A stretch of 64,000 bases of DNA from Candidatus Hadarchaeota archaeon (lineage in GTDB: Archaea; Hadarchaeota; Hadarchaeia; Hadarchaeales; JAGGTB01): assembly GCA_964384105.1 (NCBI GenBank), contig CAYLJV010000001.1:224001-288000 (forward strand). Reading direction: 5' to 3'. Numbering within the stretch: the stretch's first letter is position 1; each line of letters starts with the position of its first letter. The position numbers were made by a program, and so were the translations under genes. Under the pieces are notes generated by a model that saw only the letters and a program-made list of their open reading frames with translations, was not told where the DNA came from and ran no database searches. Shown here in pieces: positions 20,727 to 32,984 of the stretch.

Positions 20727-21641
20727 ATGAAAAAAGAAGAACTATCTCGAAAGATTTCAGAACTGAAAGAGCAAAAAAATGCGATTTTGCTTGCTCATAA
20801 CTATCAAATTCCAGAAATTCAGCTTCAGGCAGATTTTTTGGGGGACTCTTTAGGACTTGCAAAAAAATCTTCTGAAGTAGATGCTGATATAATAGTTTTT
20901 GCAGGAGTAGATTTTATGGCCGAGACTGCTGCTATACTAAATCCAGAAAAAAAGGTTTTGATACCAGATAGAGGAGCAAGATGTCCTATGGCTGGGATGC
21001 TACCAGTTAGTGAGGTTAGGAATGCTAAGAAAAAGTATCCTAATGCTGCAGTAGTTTTGTACGTTAATACTCTTGCGGAAGCCAGAGCGGAAGCCGATGT
21101 AACTTGTACATCTGCAAACTCAGTAAAAGTGGTTAACGCTCTCGAAGAGGATCAAATTTTGTTTGGACCAGATCAAAATCTTGCGTGGCACGTTGCCCAG
21201 AATACGGAGAAAGAAATAATACCGATTCCAGAGGAGGGGCACTGTTATGTTCACAGAAAGTTTTCTGTTGAGGATATTGAATTATTGAGGGAGAAGCATC
21301 CTAATGCGGAGGTGCTTGTACATCCAGAAGCTGCTCCGGAGGTTCAAACTCATTCTGATTATATTTGTAGTACCAGCCAGATGCTGGAGCGAGCAGAGAA
21401 GTCTGAAAGTGAAGAGTTTATTATAACTACCGAAATTGGTTTAGTACACAGATTGAGAAGAGAATATCCTAACAAAAAATTTTATCCTGTTTTGGACGAG
21501 GCTATTTGCAAAGAAATGAAAAAACATACCTTAAAAAAAGTGTACCGCTCTCTCAGAGAAGAGAAATTTGTAGTTGAAGTTCCGAGCCAGATAGCGAAAA
21601 GGGCTAAAAAAGCTACCGAAAGAATGCTGGAACTTTCTTGA
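20727..21641 (+). CDS. nadA: Quinolinate synthase
   Basis: LAHNYQ, GDSL, GVDFMAE, CPMA, YVNT, CTS, CYVH and C.EMK motifs. Confidence 0.96.
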   Translation: MKKEELSRKISELKEQKNAILLAHNYQIPEIQLQADFLGDSLGLAKKSSEVDADIIVFAGVDFMAETAAILNPEKKVLIPDRGARCPMAGMLPVSEVRNAKKKYPNAAVVLYVNTLAEARAEADVTCTSANSVKVVNALEEDQILFGPDQNLAWHVAQNTEKEIIPIPEEGHCYVHRKFSVEDIELLREKHPNAEVLVHPEAAPEVQTHSDYICSTSQMLERAEKSESEEFIITTEIGLVHRLRREYPNKKFYPVLDEAICKEMKKHTLKKVYRSLREEKFVVEVPSQIAKRAKKATERMLELS

Positions 21642-21650
21642 GATGGTTAG

Positions 21651-22502
21651 ATGATAGATAAAGAGACTAAGGACGATATCCATAGGATGATGCAGGAAGA
21701 CCTTGGATGGGGAGATGTGACTAGCGAATCGGTGGTTTCCGATAATACAAAAGCGAAAGCTAAGATAATTGCAGGAGAGTCGGGATATCTGGCCGGTGTA
21801 CAAGAGACGGTGGCTATTTTCAAAGAGCTAAAAGTGGATGCACTGCCAAATAAAGTGGATGGCGAAAAATTTGGGAAAAGTGAGGTTTTGTTAGAAGTTC
21901 AGGGACCTGCCAAAGGTATACTTGCAGCAGAGCGTGTTGCTTTGAATCTTTTATCGAGAATGAGTGGTATTGCTACAGCGACTCGAGAGCTAATAGATAA
22001 AGTAAATGAGGTTAATTCGGAAGTGGAAATTGCTGCAACGAGGAAGACTGCCCCCCTGTTAAGAAAATTTGATAAAAAGGCGGTTGAAGCAGTTGGGGGT
22101 GAACCTCATAGATACCATCTCGGAGATTTCGTATTGATAAAAGATAATCATCTGAAGCTGGTTGATTCCATTGAGGAAGCGGTTAAAAAAGCTAAAAAAA
22201 GTGGTCTTTCTGATAAGATTGAAGTAGAAGTTGTAAATGAAGAGGAGGCTTTAATCGCTGCCAAAGCAGGAGCAGACATAGTAATGTTAGATAATTTTGA
22301 CCCCGAACGAGCTAAAAATGCGGTAAAGACTCTGGAAAAAGCGGGTTTAAGAGATAAAGTTTTACTCGAGGCTTCAGGTGGAATAGATTCTTCGAATGTG
22401 CGAGACTATGCGGAAGCTGGTGTTGATGTTATCTCTTCAAGTTATATGACTATGAAATCTCCTGCTCTTGATATAAAATTAGAGATTTCGGAAAAATTAT
22501 GA
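21651..22502 (+). CDS. nadC: Quinolinate phosphoribosyltransferase
   Basis: ERVALNLL..MSGIAT, TRKT, HR, IKDNH, EVEV, MLDN and EASGGI motifs. Confidence 0.96.
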   Translation: MIDKETKDDIHRMMQEDLGWGDVTSESVVSDNTKAKAKIIAGESGYLAGVQETVAIFKELKVDALPNKVDGEKFGKSEVLLEVQGPAKGILAAERVALNLLSRMSGIATATRELIDKVNEVNSEVEIAATRKTAPLLRKFDKKAVEAVGGEPHRYHLGDFVLIKDNHLKLVDSIEEAVKKAKKSGLSDKIEVEVVNEEEALIAAKAGADIVMLDNFDPERAKNAVKTLEKAGLRDKVLLEASGGIDSSNVRDYAEAGVDVISSSYMTMKSPALDIKLEISEKL

Positions 22503-22505
22503 GTC

Positions 22506-23639
22506 TCATTTGCTATCGTTAGTATTTTGTTTCGTGAAGTGTCTCAGTCTTTTTATTGCTTTTATTTTTTCTTTTTTTCCGATCTCTGCTCCATCTATTG
22601 CATTTCTAAGAGTTTTATTGGCTTCGTCCATTGCTTTCTTATTCACTGGATAGGGTACTCCGTCTTTTCCCCCAAATGCGAAAGAAAATCTAGCTGGGTC
22701 TTTTTTGCTCACTGGTTCATCGTAGATTAGCTCTGATATTAGTGCTAGCCCTCTTATTGTGGCGGGTCCAATTCCTTTCGTACCTATAAACTCTTCATAA
22801 TTTTTTGGTTGGAGTTCGTAGGTTCTTTCTAGAGCTTTCCAGTTCATTCTCTTTGGTAGGTCTAAAAAAGGAATTTTCGATTTTTTACTCTTTGATTCGG
22901 GAATCCATTCATTCAAGGTTTTTTGATTTTTTGGAGTGAGGGCTTGAAAGTCTTTTTTTATTGTTTTTGGCCCTTCTTTAGCTAGATCGGTTGAAGTTTT
23001 CCTGCATTTTTTGCTTTCTTTTGCAGTCATATCAAGGATGTGCTCCTCTGGTTTTTCTGCTATAATACCTTCATGAGGCTCTTTAACGAAACTCTTTACC
23101 TCTTTTGATAGCCAATGGTATCGTCTGGCAATTTTTCTCTTAGTGTTCATTCCCTGTTGTATCACTGTCCATTCGCCATCTCTTGAACAGAAAAATGCGT
23201 GATGATAGAGGGGGGCTCCGGCTTGAATAGCAGAATTGTCTACTTTCGCACTCATCCGGCTCGAATTTTTTAGATCATATATTATACCATCTTGAAATTC
23301 AAAGTCTTTAGAGAGTTCTTCTATCTCTTTAGGGGTTTTAAGGGAAGCTTTTCCTTTTCCTCCTGCTACGAATATTCCGATTTCTCTGGGGTCGATTGCT
23401 TCTTTCAAGACACCTGTAGTTACTGTTGTAAGACCTGAGGAATGCCAGTCGTATCCGAGAACACACCCGAGGGCTTGAAACCAGTATGGGTCAGATAGTC
23501 TTTGAAGAAGTACATTTTGTCCGTATTCATCTACTATTAATTTAACAATAGGCTCTGCAAGCTCTATCATCCGGTCTACTAGCCAGGAGGGAGCCTTTCC
23601 ACCATGAAGGGGTAAGTTAGATATTCCGGTTCTTTTCAT
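22506..23639 (-). CDS. DUF763 family protein
   Basis: 'LPLHGGKAP.WL', 'DWHSSG.TT', 'YHH', 'QQGMN', 'RRYHW' and 'FAFGGKDGVP' motifs. Confidence 0.9.
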   Translation of the reverse strand: MKRTGISNLPLHGGKAPSWLVDRMIELAEPIVKLIVDEYGQNVLLQRLSDPYWFQALGCVLGYDWHSSGLTTVTTGVLKEAIDPREIGIFVAGGKGKASLKTPKEIEELSKDFEFQDGIIYDLKNSSRMSAKVDNSAIQAGAPLYHHAFFCSRDGEWTVIQQGMNTKRKIARRYHWLSKEVKSFVKEPHEGIIAEKPEEHILDMTAKESKKCRKTSTDLAKEGPKTIKKDFQALTPKNQKTLNEWIPESKSKKSKIPFLDLPKRMNWKALERTYELQPKNYEEFIGTKGIGPATIRGLALISELIYDEPVSKKDPARFSFAFGGKDGVPYPVNKKAMDEANKTLRNAIDGAEIGKKEKIKAIKRLRHFTKQNTNDSK

Positions 23640-23738
23640 GGTATCTCATTATGAATATTTTTAGGATAGGGGTTAACTTTTTTCACTAGAGAGAGCGGAA
23701 AACATTAAAAGATATTACTGTTGCAGAAGATAGTAAGA

Positions 23739-23815
23739 CCCGCGGTAGCTCAATCTGGCAGAGCGGTCGGCTGTAGACCGACTGGTTGCCCGTTCAAGTC
23801 GGGCCCGCGGGACCA
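23739..23815 (+). tRNA. tRNA-Tyr(GTA), intron-less, CCA encoded
   Basis: Acceptor stem CCCGCGG/CCGCGGG (C1-G72), anticodon arm GTCGG-CTGTAGA-CCGAC, T-loop TTCAAGT, ends ACCA. Confidence 0.96.
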
Positions 23816-23913
23816 TTATTTTTAGTTTCATATTTTGGTGAATTTAGCAAATGAAGACATTTTTCTCCGGTTTTAGAAACAAACTTTTTAACTGAATTTA
23901 TCTCTCAATATCT

Positions 23914-24038
23914 TGGCTGGCGGTCACAGCGGCGGGGTAACACCCGGACCCATTCCGAACCCGGAAGTAAAGCTCGCCAGCGATCCGGACAGTACTCTGG
24001 TGCGAGAGCCCAGGGGAACTCCGGGACGCTGCCAGCCA
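23914..24038 (+). rRNA. rrf: 5S rRNA
   Basis: Terminal helix TGGCTGGC/GCCAGCCA and the conserved CCCATTCCGAACCCGGAAGTAAAG and AGTACT segments. Confidence 0.95.
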
Positions 24039-24084
24039 TTTTTAACAAAACAATTAATATCTTTGCAGAGATATTTAGAGAACG

Positions 24085-24157
24085 GCCCTGGTAGTGTAGT
24101 GGACGATCATGTGGCCCTGTCGAGGCCATGACCCGGGTTCGAATCCCGGCCGGGGCG
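24085..24157 (+). tRNA. tRNA-Asp(GTC)
   Basis: Acceptor GCCCTGG/CCGGGGC, anticodon arm TGGCC-CTGTCGA-GGCCA, and GGTTCGAATCC. Confidence 0.95.
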
Positions 24158-24257
24158 CCTCTACCAGATTAGGGGAAAGCTTTAAATTAATAAGATAGAA
24201 TTTTAAAAAGCAAAAAACTAAAATAGTAATGGCGGTTTTAGAACATTCATGTTCGAA

Positions 24258-24332
24258 GGGCCCGTGGCGCAGTCTGGCTAGCGCATCGGCCTTTTAAGCC
24301 GGTTGTCGCGGGTTCAAATCCCGCCGGGCCCG
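24258..24332 (+). tRNA. tRNA-Lys(TTT)
   Basis: Acceptor GGGCCCG/CGGGCCC, anticodon loop CTTTTAA, and GGTTCAAATCC. Confidence 0.95.
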
Positions 24333-24358
24333 CTAAGGAGCGCCTTTGAGGTAATATT

Positions 24359-24601
24359 GTGACAAAGAAGAAAGGTTTTGACGTAACGGAGCATAAGCTT
24401 GTCCCTGAGCATACGATATTGTCAGATGAAGAGTCTCAGGAATTGTTGAATAAGTATGATATAGAAGCTCATCAGCTCCCTAAGATTAGCTCTAAAGATC
24501 CGGTAGCAAAAGCTATTGGTGCAGAGACGGGGCAAATTGTGAAGATTAATCGGGAGAGTCCTACGAAAGGTAAGGCTGTAGTTTATAGGTTTGTAATTTA
24601 G
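24359..24601 (+). CDS. rpoH: RNA polymerase subunit H (Rpo5)
   Basis: 'HKLVPEH..LS...LPKI...DPVAKAIGA..G..VKI.R.SPT.G....YR'. Confidence 0.96.
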   Translation: MTKKKGFDVTEHKLVPEHTILSDEESQELLNKYDIEAHQLPKISSKDPVAKAIGAETGQIVKINRESPTKGKAVVYRFVI

Positions 24602-24611
24602 GTGTATATGT

Positions 24612-27600
24612 ATGGATACTTGGAAACCACTCGAAAAATTCTTTGAAGAAAAAGGCTTGGTAAGGCAGCATCTAGACTCTTATAATGAGTTCGTTAAGGA
24701 GGGACTTCAACGCGTTATTGATAATCATGGCGATCACCCCGATGCAGGTTGGATCGAATTGGATATTGAAGAGTTTGACGTTAAACTCGGAAATATCCGA
24801 GTTGGAAAACCGTCTGTTAGAGAGGCGGATGGTTCTAAACCTTTGATTACGCCTAATGAAGCACGACTGAGAAATCTCAACTATTCTGCCCCCTTATGGT
24901 TGGAGATGACTCCGGTTATAGGTGGGGAGGAAAGAGAGACTCAAGAAGTTTATATTGGTGATCTTCCTGTAATGGCCAATTCTGATATTTGTCCACTGAA
25001 CGAAATGTCTAGAGAGGAGCGAGTGGACGCTGGAGAGGATCCGTTGGATCCCGGTGGTTACTTTATCGTTAATGGCAAGGAGCGGGCACTTGTAACCCAG
25101 GAGGACCTTGCTTCCAATCGTATTTTGATCGAACGTGGGGGCCGTGGTTCTACGCAGGTGGCTAAGGTCTTTTCTTCTCAGGAAGGCTTCAGAGCCTTGG
25201 CTGTGGTTGAAAGGAAGAAGGATGCTTTAATTCATGTATCACTTCCTTCCGTTCCCGGAAATATTCCTTTTGTTGTGATGATGAGGGCTCTTGGTTTGGA
25301 GAGTGATAAGGAGATCGTAGACGCAGTTTCTGAAGATCCCGAAATAACAAAAGAATTTATAGAAAATCTTCAGGAGGATACGGGAGTTAATAGCCAAGAG
25401 GAGGCTCTCGATTTTATAGGAAAGAGGGTAGCGAGGGGTCAGGCTAAAGATTATAGATTGGAACGTGCTGAGTCTACGTTAAACAAATATCTTCTTCCTC
25501 ACATCGGTTCAGATGAGGAGTCTTGGGTTAGTAAGGCCTATTATTTGGGTAGAATGGCAGAGCAGACTATTGAGCTTGCTCTTGGAAAGAGAGGCGTAAA
25601 TGACAAGGATCATTATGCTAACAAAAGGTTAAAGTTGGCAGGAGACTTGATTGAGAACGTCTTTAGATTGGCTTTTATCAAACTTGCGCGTGATGTCAAG
25701 TATCAGCTTGAGCGTGCGGAATCGAGGGGTAGAGAGCCCAATGTTAAGACTGCTGCAAGAGCAGATGTTTTGACTGAAAGGATTCGTCATGCTTTATCTA
25801 CTGGTAACTGGCCGGGTGGGAGAACTGGAGTCAGTCAGCTTTTAGAGAGAACTAATTATGTTGGGACACTTTCTCATTTGAGACGAGTAGTTTCTCCGTT
25901 AAGTAGATCTCGCCCTCACTTTGAGGCTCGAGACCTTCACCCTACTCACTGGGGCAGAGTCTGTCCTAATGAAACTCCTGAAGGACCTAACTGTGGTCTG
26001 GTTAAAAACTTTGCATTAATGGCTTTAGTTTCAGTTGGTGCGGACGAGGAAGAGGTCGAAAGGAAAATAAGGGACTTAGGTGTGGAAAAAATAGAGAAGG
26101 GTATCGAGTGGTCTGGAAAATCTTCAGTTTATCTTAATGGTAAGTTACTTGGCCCTGTGGAGAATGGGGGGGAATTCGTCAAAAGTGTAAGAGCAGAAAG
26201 AAGAATGGGGGAGTTGAGCGATCAAGTTAATATTACTTCATATAAGGAAACTGATGAGATTATAATCAATTCGGATCACGGTAGAACTAGAAGACCTTTG
26301 ATAGTTGTTGAGGATGGGGAACCAAAACTTACTGATGAGGTTCTGGAAGGACTAAAATCAAATGAGTTGAACTGGGCCGATTTGATTGAGAATGGAGTAA
26401 TAGAATATTTGGATGCCGAAGAGGAAGAGAATGCATTTATTGCTATTTATCCCGAAGAGTTAACGGAAGAACATACTCATCTTGAGCTTGATACGATAGG
26501 GATATTAGGTGTAAGTGCTGCTCTGGTTCCATATGCAGAACACAACCAATCTCCTAGAAATACGTATGGCGCGAACATGGCAAAGCAGGGGCTGGGTATA
26601 CCAACTTCTAACTTCCAAATTCGTGCTGATACAAGGTCACATCTTTTACATTATCCACAGAAGTCTCTAGTTAAGACAAGAGTAATGGATGTTATGGATT
26701 ACAATAAACGGCCAGCTTGCCAGAATTTTGTTGTTGCGCTAATGTCTTTTGAAGGCTATAATATGGAAGATGCTTTGATTATGAATAAGGATTCGATAGA
26801 TCGAGGGTTAGCTCGATCAACTTTCTGTAGATTATATGAGACAGAAGAGGGAAGATATCCGGGTGGACAGGTGGATAGATTGGAGAAGCCTAGCGAGGAA
26901 ATCCGAGGTTATGCGGAAGAAGAGCTCTATCGAAATCTAGATGATGATGGTTTGATCCAAGTAGGTTCAGAAGTCAAAGGAAAGGATGTATTGATAGGGA
27001 AGACTAGTCCACCTAGATTTCTTGAAGAAGCTGATGAGTTCGGTCTAGCGATGCATCACGCTCGTAGAGAGAGCTCAGAAAGAATGAGGCCCAATGAGGA
27101 GGGTATTGTTGACATGTCTCTGTTAACTGAGAATGTTGATGGAGATAAACTCGCCAGGGTTAGGGTTCGCGATCCGAGAATTCCAGAAATCGGGGACAAA
27201 TTCGCTTCTAGACACGGTCAGAAGGGAGTTATTGGTATGGTCGTAAAAGGAGCAGATATGCCGTTTACAGAAGATGGGATTTCTCCTGATCTAATTATTA
27301 ACTCTCATGCAATTCCTTCGCGTATGACTGTTGCTCAGCTTTTGGAAACAATAGCGGGCAAAGTTGGAGCTCTGGAAGGGGAGCAAATCGACGGTAGTCC
27401 GTTTGGTGGAGTCTCAGAGGATGAGTTGAAAAAGATGCTGAAGGAGTATGGATTTAGAAAGACAGGGGAGGAAACAATGTATGATGGTAAAACTGGTGAA
27501 CGATTAAAAGCCCAGGTTTTCATAGGAATAGCCCATTATCGTAAACTCCATCACATGGTTTCTGACAAGATACATGCTAGATCTAGAGGTCCTTATCAGA

Positions 27601-27929
27601 TGTTAGCTCGTCAACCGACTGAAGGTAGAGCTAGAGAAGGTGGTCTGAGGTTTGGAGAGATGGAACGTGATTGCTTGATAGGACACGGTGCTGCTAGGTT
27701 GTTGAAGGATAGATTGTTAGATTCTTCTGATAAATACACTGCTAAGATTTGTGAAAAATGTGGAAATTTCGCTGTGGAAGATGATCGTAGGAATAGAATA
27801 TATTGTCCGGTTTGTGGAGATGATTCAGAGATAAGTGAAGTTGAAACTTCTTATGCTTTCAAATTGTTACTTGATGAGTTGAGATCAATGTGTATGGCTC
27901 CAAGATTAAGATTAAAAGAGAGGGCTTAG
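24612..27929 (+). CDS. rpoB: RNA polymerase subunit B (Rpo2), unsplit
   Basis: GGYFIVNG, CPNETPEG, GDKFASRHGQKG and GLRFGEMERD all lie in one 1105-aa ORF. Confidence 0.97.
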   Translation: MDTWKPLEKFFEEKGLVRQHLDSYNEFVKEGLQRVIDNHGDHPDAGWIELDIEEFDVKLGNIRVGKPSVREADGSKPLITPNEARLRNLNYSAPLWLEMTPVIGGEERETQEVYIGDLPVMANSDICPLNEMSREERVDAGEDPLDPGGYFIVNGKERALVTQEDLASNRILIERGGRGSTQVAKVFSSQEGFRALAVVERKKDALIHVSLPSVPGNIPFVVMMRALGLESDKEIVDAVSEDPEITKEFIENLQEDTGVNSQEEALDFIGKRVARGQAKDYRLERAESTLNKYLLPHIGSDEESWVSKAYYLGRMAEQTIELALGKRGVNDKDHYANKRLKLAGDLIENVFRLAFIKLARDVKYQLERAESRGREPNVKTAARADVLTERIRHALSTGNWPGGRTGVSQLLERTNYVGTLSHLRRVVSPLSRSRPHFEARDLHPTHWGRVCPNETPEGPNCGLVKNFALMALVSVGADEEEVERKIRDLGVEKIEKGIEWSGKSSVYLNGKLLGPVENGGEFVKSVRAERRMGELSDQVNITSYKETDEIIINSDHGRTRRPLIVVEDGEPKLTDEVLEGLKSNELNWADLIENGVIEYLDAEEEENAFIAIYPEELTEEHTHLELDTIGILGVSAALVPYAEHNQSPRNTYGANMAKQGLGIPTSNFQIRADTRSHLLHYPQKSLVKTRVMDVMDYNKRPACQNFVVALMSFEGYNMEDALIMNKDSIDRGLARSTFCRLYETEEGRYPGGQVDRLEKPSEEIRGYAEEELYRNLDDDGLIQVGSEVKGKDVLIGKTSPPRFLEEADEFGLAMHHARRESSERMRPNEEGIVDMSLLTENVDGDKLARVRVRDPRIPEIGDKFASRHGQKGVIGMVVKGADMPFTEDGISPDLIINSHAIPSRMTVAQLLETIAGKVGALEGEQIDGSPFGGVSEDELKKMLKEYGFRKTGEETMYDGKTGERLKAQVFIGIAHYRKLHHMVSDKIHARSRGPYQMLARQPTEGRAREGGLRFGEMERDCLIGHGAARLLKDRLLDSSDKYTAKICEKCGNFAVEDDRRNRIYCPVCGDDSEISEVETSYAFKLLLDELRSMCMAPRLRLKERA

Positions 27930-27937
27930 GTGGTATT

Positions 27938-30583
27938 GTGCCGAGAGTATCAAAAGCGTTAGATAGAATAGAGTTTGGCTTACTTTCTCCAGAGGAGATT
28001 AGGGATTTATCAGTTTCTCGAATAGTTACTGCAGACACTTACGATGAAGATGGGTATCCCATAGAACGTGGGCTGATGGATCCAAGATTGGGAGTTATAG
28101 ATCCAGGTATAAGGTGCGGAACTTGTGGAAAGAGATCTGGAGTTTGTCCTGGTCATTTTGGTCGGATAGAGCTTTCCAGACCAGTAGTCCATGTAGGTTT
28201 TGCAAGAACTGTCTACAATTTGATTAGAGCTACATGCCGAAAGTGTGGTAGAATTCTTTTGGCAGAGGATAAATTAGAAAGATATAGGGATAAACGAGCC
28301 GAGGCGAAGAAACTATCTCAGTCTTGGACTGAATATTCAAAGAGAGTTATGAGGCGGGCTAATCGAAGAGATGAGTGTCCTCACTGTGGGGCGGAACAAG
28401 AAAAGATCAAATTCGAAAAACCAACTACATATTATGAAGGCAAGAAAAGACTAACCCCTTCTGACGTTAGAAGAAGATTGGAAGATATAACTGATTCTGA
28501 TGCGAAGTTGCTTGGTTTAGATCCTAAAGTTGCGAGACCCGAGTGGATGATTTTAACTGTTCTTCCAGTACCCCCGGTTACAGTTAGACCAAGTATTACT
28601 CTAGAGACTGGTGTCCGTTCAGAGGATGATCTTACTCATAAGCTTGTAGATGTTATAAGAATAAACCAAAGGCTTAGTGAGAATCTAGAAGCAGGAGCCC
28701 CGCATTTGATAATAGAAGATTTGTGGGAACTTCTTCAATATCACGTTACTACATTCTTCACGAATCAGGTTTCAGGCGTGCCTCCTGCTAGACATAGATC
28801 AGGTAGAAATCTGAGAACGCTTGCTCAAAGGCTTAAGGGAAAAGGTGGACGTTTTCGTGGAAACCTCTCTGGTAAACGAGTAGATTTCTCTGCTAGGTCG
28901 GTTATTTCTCCTGATCCAAATATTAGCATAAATGAGGTTGGAGTTCCCGAGTATGTAGCTAGGAACATGACTGTTCCCGTTCAGGTCACTGAGTACAATA
29001 TTGAGGAAGTTCGAAACTTGATTAGGAGGGGCCCTGAAATACATCCAGGGGCCACTTCTTTGGAGGGTCCTGACGGAAGTAGGTTCGACCTTCGCTATGC
29101 TGATAGGGAAGAATTGGCCAAAATGATAGAACCTGGTTATAAAATTGAACGCCATCTTAAGGATGGGGACATAGTTCTTTTCAATAGGCAGCCAACTTTG
29201 CATAGGATGTCAATAATGGCTCACGAGGTCAAGGTTATGCCAGGCCAGACCTTTAGACTCAATCTTTCGGTTTGTCCTCCTTACAACGCTGATTTTGATG
29301 GGGATGAGATGAACCTTCATGTACCTCAGAGCAAAGAGGCTCAAGCCGAAGCAAAAATCTTAATGAGAGTTCAAGAGCAAATTCTGTCCCCGAGGTTTGG
29401 TGCCCCGATCATTGGTGGAATTCAGGATCACATAACTGGGCTTTATCTGCTTACCAAAGAAGGGTTCAGGCTGAAAAAAGAAAAAGCGCAGCAGATTCTT
29501 GCGTCAGCGGGAGTGGAGCCGGAACTTCCTGAACCATCAGGTGAGGAAGATGGAGAGGAATATTGGACAGGCAAGGATATATTCAGCTTGTTCCTACCGG
29601 ATGATCTTAATCTAAGCTATAAGGCTAGTATCTGTGATAGAGGGGGAGACTGTCAGGAGTGTGAGAGATGGGAAGATGAGGGATGCGAAATAGATGGATG
29701 GGTTAAGATAAGGAATGGTAGACTTTTGGAAGGAGTCATAGATTCAGCTTCATACGAGGCCTTATCGGATTGCAGAGTATTAGATAGAATTATTAAAAGC
29801 CATGGCACAGATGCAGCCCGAGATTTTCTTGACAAAACTACCAGATTAGCAATTGCTGTTATTAGAGGATTTGGATTCACTACTGGCCTTAATGATGAAG
29901 AGGTTCCGGAAGAAGCTAAGGAGAAGATAAAGGATGTTCTTGAGGATGCAAAGGAAAAGGTGCAAGAACTAATCGGGGTATACGATCGAGGAGAACTAGA
30001 GCACTTACCCGGTAGGTCTTTAAAAGAAACACTTGAGATGAGAATTATGGAAGTTCTTGCTGAGGCCAGAGACAAGACGGGAGAAATAGCGGGGGATCAT
30101 CTTGGGTTGAATAACAGCGCAGTTATAATGGCTAGAACAGGCGCTAGAGGAAGTATGTTAAATCTTACTCAGATGGCAGGTTGTGTTGGGCAGCAGTCTG
30201 TTCGTGGAGAGAGGCCTTCCAGAGGGTATGAGGGTAGAGCGCTCTCGCATTTCAAAGAAGGAGATCTTTCTGGAGAAGCAAGAGGTTTTGCAAGTTCTAG
30301 TTATAAGGCGGGGCTTAACCCTACAGAATTTTTCTTCCACGCTATGGGTGGGAGAGAAGGGCTTGTTGATACTGCGGTGAGGACTGCTCAGAGTGGGTAC
30401 ATGCAAAGACGTCTAATTAATGCTTTGCAGGATTTACGAGTTGAACATGATGGAACAGTAAGAGATGATCACGAAAATATTGTACAGTTTGAGTATGGTG
30501 ATGATTTGGTTGATCCGGCTAGAAGTGATAGAGGGAAGGCTGTTAATATAGATCAGATAATTGAGGAAATAGTTGAGGAATAG
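27938..30583 (+). CDS. rpoA1: RNA polymerase subunit A' (Rpo1N)
   Basis: CPGHFG, NADFDGD catalytic motif and GGREGLVDTAVRTA; GTG start after a GGTGG RBS. Confidence 0.97.
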   Translation: MPRVSKALDRIEFGLLSPEEIRDLSVSRIVTADTYDEDGYPIERGLMDPRLGVIDPGIRCGTCGKRSGVCPGHFGRIELSRPVVHVGFARTVYNLIRATCRKCGRILLAEDKLERYRDKRAEAKKLSQSWTEYSKRVMRRANRRDECPHCGAEQEKIKFEKPTTYYEGKKRLTPSDVRRRLEDITDSDAKLLGLDPKVARPEWMILTVLPVPPVTVRPSITLETGVRSEDDLTHKLVDVIRINQRLSENLEAGAPHLIIEDLWELLQYHVTTFFTNQVSGVPPARHRSGRNLRTLAQRLKGKGGRFRGNLSGKRVDFSARSVISPDPNISINEVGVPEYVARNMTVPVQVTEYNIEEVRNLIRRGPEIHPGATSLEGPDGSRFDLRYADREELAKMIEPGYKIERHLKDGDIVLFNRQPTLHRMSIMAHEVKVMPGQTFRLNLSVCPPYNADFDGDEMNLHVPQSKEAQAEAKILMRVQEQILSPRFGAPIIGGIQDHITGLYLLTKEGFRLKKEKAQQILASAGVEPELPEPSGEEDGEEYWTGKDIFSLFLPDDLNLSYKASICDRGGDCQECERWEDEGCEIDGWVKIRNGRLLEGVIDSASYEALSDCRVLDRIIKSHGTDAARDFLDKTTRLAIAVIRGFGFTTGLNDEEVPEEAKEKIKDVLEDAKEKVQELIGVYDRGELEHLPGRSLKETLEMRIMEVLAEARDKTGEIAGDHLGLNNSAVIMARTGARGSMLNLTQMAGCVGQQSVRGERPSRGYEGRALSHFKEGDLSGEARGFASSSYKAGLNPTEFFFHAMGGREGLVDTAVRTAQSGYMQRRLINALQDLRVEHDGTVRDDHENIVQFEYGDDLVDPARSDRGKAVNIDQIIEEIVEE

Positions 30584-30592
30584 GTGTTATGA

Positions 30593-32062
<1,470 letters not shown>

Positions 32063-32066
<4 letters not shown>

Positions 32067-32491
32067 AAATCAAGCTTAGTAATGAGAAACTTCGATATAT
32101 TGCGCTGTTCGAGGAATTGACGGGGGTTACTCCAAAGGATTTTGTAAAAAGCGGAAACAAAAACCGTTTTACTTTCGTAGTATCCGAGGTGGATATGGGT
32201 AAGGCCATTGGGGAGAATGGTAGGAATATTAAAAAAGTTAGGCAGAAGCTTAGCAAGGATGTAAATGTGGTAAAGTATTCTCCTGATCCAAAGGAGTTTC
32301 TAAAGAATATTTTTTCACCGATCGAGATTCAAAAAATAAGAATAGATGAGGAAGAAGAAAAAAAGAAAGCAATTGTTAATGTGGATATGTCTGAGAAAGG
32401 ACGTGTTGTGGGCCGAAACGGCTGGAATATAGAACGGGCAAGAAAGCTCTTGGACCGTCACCACGGAATATCAGAAATTATATTAGCATGA
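32063..32491 (+). CDS. nusA: Archaeal NusA (two KH domains)
   Basis: KH loops GKAIGENG and GRVVGRNG; canonical position. Confidence 0.93.
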
Positions 32492-32546
32492 ACGTGACTT
32501 TTAAGAAAGAATTGCGATTTAATGATAATGAAAAAGAGGTTAAAAT

Positions 32547-32984
32547 ATGAGTAAAGGTGCTAGTGGAGAATTTGCTGCTAGAAAACTTAAGAAGAGCAGG
32601 CAGAAGGATAGATGGCAGGATGAGGACTATCGAAGACGGATGTTAGGTCTAGATGAAAAGACTGACCCATTAGGTGGTTCTCCACAAGCAAGAGGAATTG
32701 TTCTCTCAAAAGTTGGTGTAGAGGCTAAACAGCCTAATTCAGCTATAAGGAAATGTGTTAGAGTTCAGATAATTAAGAATGGTAGAAGAATAACAGCGTT
32801 TGTTCCAGGAACAAATGCTATTAGCTTTATCGATGAACATGACGAGGTTCTCATAGAGGGTATCGGAGGAGCAGAAGGCGGGGCGAAAGGGGATATTCCT
32901 GGAGTTGGACATAAGGTTATAAAAGTCAATGGGGTTTCTCTAGAAGAGTTGGTCAGAGGCAGAAAGGAGAAGCCTGCTAGGTGA
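32547..32984 (+). CDS. rps12: 30S ribosomal protein S12 (uS12)
   Basis: [16 protein letters not shown] and GDIPGV motifs. Confidence 0.97.
   Translation: MSKGASGEFAARKLKKSRQKDRWQDEDYRRRMLGLDEKTDPLGGSPQARGIVLSKVGVEAKQPNSAIRKCVRVQIIKNGRRITAFVPGTNAISFIDEHDEVLIEGIGGAEGGAKGDIPGVGHKVIKVNGVSLEELVRGRKEKPAR

Noticed and set aside
23905-24131. 72-74 aa ORFs on both strands
   Set aside because: They overlap the 5S rRNA and tRNA-Asp and are artefacts of GC-rich RNA genes.
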